Below are positions 59,266-64,000 of a stretch of 64,000 bases of DNA, one piece after another. The position numbers and the translations under genes were made by a program. The first letter of the stretch is position 1; each line of letters opens with the position of its first letter. This stretch comes from Paraspadella gotoi (lineage: Eukaryota > Animalia > Chaetognatha), in assembly GCA_051294375.1 (NCBI GenBank), contig CM119264.1, positions 2,242,368 through 2,306,367 of the forward strand. The letters are read 5' to 3'. The notes under the pieces are model-generated. The model had not been told where the DNA came from. It worked only from the letters and a program-made list of their open reading frames with translations, and searched no databases.

Positions 59266-61887
59266 AGAGAGATGAGAGAGAGATGCAATCAGGTTTAGTG
59301 GGTCAGAAAAGAAATGCAGGAGGAAGGTACAGTACAGTTTTGGTTCCCACGGAAAAAAAGTTTAAATTTCGAAAATTATTAATATTATTTTTATTACAGT
59401 CATCATTGCCATGAATTCGTAAAACGTATTTCCTAGAAGGCAATAGCCTCGTAATCGCTTTCTGGCGAATAAGCCTAATATTTATAGTCAAACTTTATTT
59501 ATAATTTATTATTAATAATTATTTAATATCAAAGAACTACGGATTAATTCGGTTCGCGAACTGTAAAAAAGAAAACCGAAGGGGGGACCGGAGCGGGGGG
59601 GCGAATCGGGGGGGGGTAAAAATATCCCGTTTCGAGGATAACGAGAAAATCTTCAGGCCTACGGACACTAACCCCCCACTACTGTGTGAAAAGATCATTT
59701 TTTCATCTTGAAATTAAAATCTCAATTGATTTATTTTTCTCTTTTTCACTTTTCTATGTCTTTTTCTTTCCTCCTTCAATCTCTCTTTTTTCATTTTACT
59801 ACCTTTCTTTTCGTCTTCTCTTCTCCTTCTTCCTATTTTTTCATTACTTTCTTCTCTCTTCATTTTATTTACCTTTCTTTTTCGTCTTCACTTTCCTCAC
59901 TTCCAAACTTTTTTCATTACTTTCCTCTCTCTTCATTTTACTTACCTTTCTTTTCGTCTTTACTTTCCTCTCTTCCTATCTTTTTCATTACTTTTCCTCT
60001 CACTTCATTTTACTTACCTTTATTTTCGTCATCACTTTCCTCTCTTCCTATCTTTTTCATTACTTTCCTCTCTCTCATTTTATTTACCTTTTCTTTTCAT
60101 CTTCACTTTCCTCTCTTTCTATCTTTTTCATTACTTTCCTCTCCTCTTCATGTTATTTACCTTTCTTTTTCATTACTTTTCTCTCTCTTCATTTTACTTA
60201 CCTTTCTTTTCTTCTCCTCCTTCCTATCTTTTTCATTACTTTCCTCTCTCTTCATTATACTTACCTTTCTTTTCGTCTTACTTTCCTCTCTTCCTATCTT
60301 TTTCATTACTTTTCTCTATCTTCATGTATTTACCTTTCTTTCGTCTTCACTTTCCTCTCTTCCTATCTTTTTCATTACTTTTCTCTCTCTTCATTTTACT
60401 TACCTTTCTTTTCTTCTCCTCTCTTCCTATCTTTTTCATTAACTTTCCTCTCTCTCATTTATTTACCTTTCTTTTTGTCTTTACTTTCGCTCTCTTCCTA
60501 TCTTTTCATTACTTTCCTCTCGCTCATTTTACTTACCTTTCTTTTGTCTCACTTTCCTTTCTTCCTATCTTTTTCATTATTTTCTCTCTCTTCATTTTAA
60601 CCTTACCTTTCTTTTCGTCTCACTTTCCTCTCTTCCTATCTTTTCATTACTTTCCTCTCGCGCTTCATTTTACTTACCTTTCTTTTCGTCTTTACTTTCC
60701 TCTCTTCCTATCTCTTTTATTACTTTCCTCTCGCTTCATTTACTTACCTTTTTTCGGTCTTCACTTCCTCTCTTCCTATCTTTTCATTACTTTCTCTCGC
60801 TTCATTTACTTACCTTCTTTTTCGTCTTCACTTTCCTCTCTTCCTATCTTTTTCATTACTTTCCTCTATTTTGGTTCAGTTTTCAGCCAGTCCCTTTTTC
60901 ACAACCGGAGTGGCGCCCACTACCGGAACGTCCACTGACCAAATATCGGTTTTCTACAAAGGATGCGAACATGTAAGAGCGATGCGTCGATGCAGGGAAT
61001 TGTAGTACATTCAATGTAGCACAATGTAGCGCGATCAAAATGAATTAAAAGGAGGTTGATTTTAAGTGACACAGTTTTGAATATATATATCTTATAGTTC
61101 TTATAGATCTTATAGATCTTTATAGATCTTATAGATCTTGCTGAATAGGAAAGATATAATTTTAAGGCTCAGTCGACCAAGACGGCTTTAAAACGGCTGC
61201 TTGTATCATAATCTTTTTCAAAGATTTTTTTCTGAAATGAGTGCGGATAGATTATTTATGTAATATGACTGATAACAAGTAAATATACTCGATAACTGTT
61301 AATAATGTCTGTATTCAGACATATATTTACTAACTGACTTCAGGCAGTGCTCACGACTGATCCATCCTTCTGTCTCGACTCTATCTCTATCACGCTGACT
61401 CTGTCTCATATCAGACCGACTTCTGTCTCTATCATTTCGACTCTTAATATATTGACAAGAGTCGTTTCCCTCGTCATCCTCTCAAGATGCGGGAGACGAC
61501 GACGACGACGACGACATTTTTGCATCTCCTTCGCGAATTCAAGGAGGGGGGGGAACGAAACGACAGAGGGCGTTGAATTACGATGGGTTCGAAATCCCTG
61601 GACGATTAATGCCCCCAATGGTCGATCCTAGTCGAAAGTTGTCGTCGTTGTTGTCGTTGCGTGATATGCAGGTAGCGATGGTCTGGACTTTGCAGAGGCC
61701 AAGTTGATCGCCGACGATGGTTCGATGCGGGCTTTGAAGCTTTTTTTGAGTGTGTGTGAAGAGAGAGAGAGAGAGAGAGAGAGAAAGATAAAAAATACCT
61801 TTTTTTTCCTATGTTTCACTATTATTATTTATTATTATTATTCATTATTCATTATCCATTACGGAGGTTATGAACTTCCTATTATCG

Positions 61888-61923
<36 letters not shown>

Positions 61924-61927
61924 CTCT

Positions 61928-61967
<40 letters not shown>

Positions 61968-62283
61968 CTCCGTTTACGTGAATCGTGACCGTCCGTCTGT
62001 CCATCTGTCACACTTTTTTGGCGGCGACGAAAAAAAAAAATGAATATTTAATCCGATGAGTCACATTTCCCATCACAAAAATCTAAATCTGTAGATTATT
62101 CGGTATAGATTTACAAGATTTAATCTCGTTTGTTTATTTGTATTCTAGTCAGTTTTATTGGACTTCAGTCATAAAAGTTTTGTTAAATATGAATTTTTTT
62201 TTATGTTCAACATTTTTTAAAACATTTTCTTACATTTTTTCTCTAAAAAACAGCATTATTCTCATTTAATCTTTCTATATTTT

Positions 62284-62315
<32 letters not shown>

Positions 62316-62348
62316 TTTTCTTTCTTCTTTCTTTCTTCTTTCTTTCTT

Positions 62349-62408
<60 letters not shown>

Positions 62409-64000
62409 CCTCACTGAGTCATTCTCTTCTCTCCTCTTTTACCCCAAACAAGATAAGCGAGAGAAAACAAGGCGTATATTANNNNNNNNNNNNNNNNNNN
62501 NNNNNNATTCGATACCGAGGACAGGCCTTGGATTTCTTGACCACGATCAGGGTGGAAAATAGGGTTTAACTATTTTATTTTATATTCTTAGTTTGATTTT
62601 TATGTTTTATGCTTTATATTTCTTTAAAGATTCTATTTAGCTTACAAAATGATTATATATTCTCGATTTGTAACAGTTTTTAAATAAATATTTTTACTTT
62701 TAAAAGTTATATTCAATTTATTAATCTTGCTAATTATTTTTTTAAAGTTTTAATTCTTTAAGATTTTTTGTATATCTTTATTTATAGATTCAAATTTTTA
62801 GAATAGTTAAAGTTTAAATAAATATTAATTTCTTTAATATATATTGAATTACATATTTTTTTAAATGATTATCGTCACTTACTTATCGTATTCACAGCCC
62901 ACAAATGGTCAGGGGAGATTTGTTTCTCCGTAGTTCTTTGGCCAGAGAAAAGAAGAAGAGAAACTTGACTGTACGTAATGGGATAAGGAAGAGGAAGAGG
63001 AGAAAAGGAGAGAGGATCGGAGAAAAAAAANNNNNNNNNNNNNNNNNNNNNNNNNNNNNNNNNNNNNNNNNNNNNNNNNNNNNNNNNNNNNNNNNNNNNN
63101 NNNNNNNNNNNNNNNNNNNNNNNNNNNNNNNNNNNNNNNNNNNNNNNNNNNNNNNNNNNNNNNNNNNNNNNNNNNNNNNNNNNNCAGTACAGTTTTGGTT
63201 CCTCACGGAAAAAAAGTTTAAATTCTCGAAAATTATTAATATTATTTTTATTACAGTCATCATTGCATGAATTCGTAAAACGTATTTCCTAGAAGGCAAT
63301 AGCCTCGTAATCGCTTTCTGGCGAATAAGCCTAATATTTATAGTCAAACTTTATTTATAATTTATTATTAATAATTATTTAATATCAAAGAACTACGGAT
63401 TAATTCGGTTCGCGAACTGTAAAAAAGAAAACCGAAGGGGGGACCGGAGCGGGGGGGCGAATCGGGGGGGGGTAAAAATATCCCGTTTCGAGGATAACGA
63501 GAAAATCTCAGGCCTACGGACACTAACCCCCCACTACTGTGTGAAAAAGAGTCAGTTTTTTCATCTTGAAATTAAAATCTTCAATTGGATTTTATTTTCT
63601 CTTTTTCACTTTTCTATGTCTTTTCTTTCCTCCTTCAATTCCTCTCTTTTCATTTTACTTACCTTTCTTTTCGTCTTCTCTCTCCTCTCTTCCTATCTTT
63701 TTCATTACTTTCTTCTCTCTTCATTTTACTTACCTTTCTTTTCGTCTTCACTTTCCTCACTTCCTAACTTTTTCATTACTTTCCTCTCTATTCATTTTAC
63801 TTACCTTTATTTTCGTCTTCACTTTCCTCTCTTCCTATCTTTTTCATTACTTTCCTCTCTCTTCATTTTATTTACCTTTCTTTTCATCTTCACTTTCCTC
63901 TCTTCCTATCTTTTTCATTACTTTTCTCTCTCTTCATTTTAGTTACCTTTCTTTTCTTCTCCTCTCTTCTCTCTTCCTATCTTTTTCATTACTTTCCTCT
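58596..64000. repeat. Direct duplication ~58596-60200 vs 62508-64000 (haplotype or gap-fill redundancy)
   Basis: Collinear near-identical sequence restarting right after the N gap at 62482-62506. Confidence 0.85.
59740..60870 (+). repeat. Pyrimidine-rich minisatellite (~75-bp units containing ctatctttttcattactttcctctc and cattttacttacctttcttttcgtc)
   Basis: Tandem degenerate units; the F/L/S-rich ORFs of 244-304 aa are artefacts. Confidence 0.85.

Noticed and set aside
61340-61745. GC-richer island as a coding exon
   Set aside because: Only short ORFs with no recognisable motif or clear splice sites; it may be E78 distal 5' UTR or promoter, but this is unsupported.
49467-64000. Recent segmental duplications within E78 5' introns
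   Set aside because: The copies abut N gaps and show read-like error gradients, so assembly redundancy is more likely than biology.

Overview
Intron-rich, microsatellite-dense animal (probably invertebrate) genomic DNA from a draft assembly. It contains N gaps and several noisy, long-read-like duplicated segments. Three conserved genes can be rebuilt by hand from motif recognition and splice-phase arithmetic; no database search was run. (1) STPG2, a ciliary PGP-repeat protein, + strand ~1.35-9.3 kb, with indel errors. (2) CFAP92/KIAA1257, a DUF4550 ciliary protein, + strand 12994-27869, 21 phase-compatible exons, ~1586 aa. (3) The nuclear receptor E78 (NR1E1/Eip78C), - strand 29886-47169, 12 exons, ~687 aa, with a probable alternative upstream coding exon at 57604-57960. 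Also present: an intronless antisense PAM2-motif ORF nested in a CFAP92 intron, two tRNA-derived SINE copies, a Gypsy integrase fragment, a foldback/MITE-like element, a ~240 bp dispersed repeat and several minisatellites. Main leads: (a) the duplicated fragments reconstruct STPG2 and CFAP92 as a head-to-head pair around one RFX X-box; (b) the nested PAM2 gene; (c) E78 has a 155-aa spliced F domain, His-to-Tyr at the NR1D heme-ligand position, a dense AGGTCA direct-repeat cluster in its own intron and a possible one-finger isoform; (d) a tandem array built from a CFAP92 splice acceptor. No prokaryote-type system (CRISPR etc.) is present.
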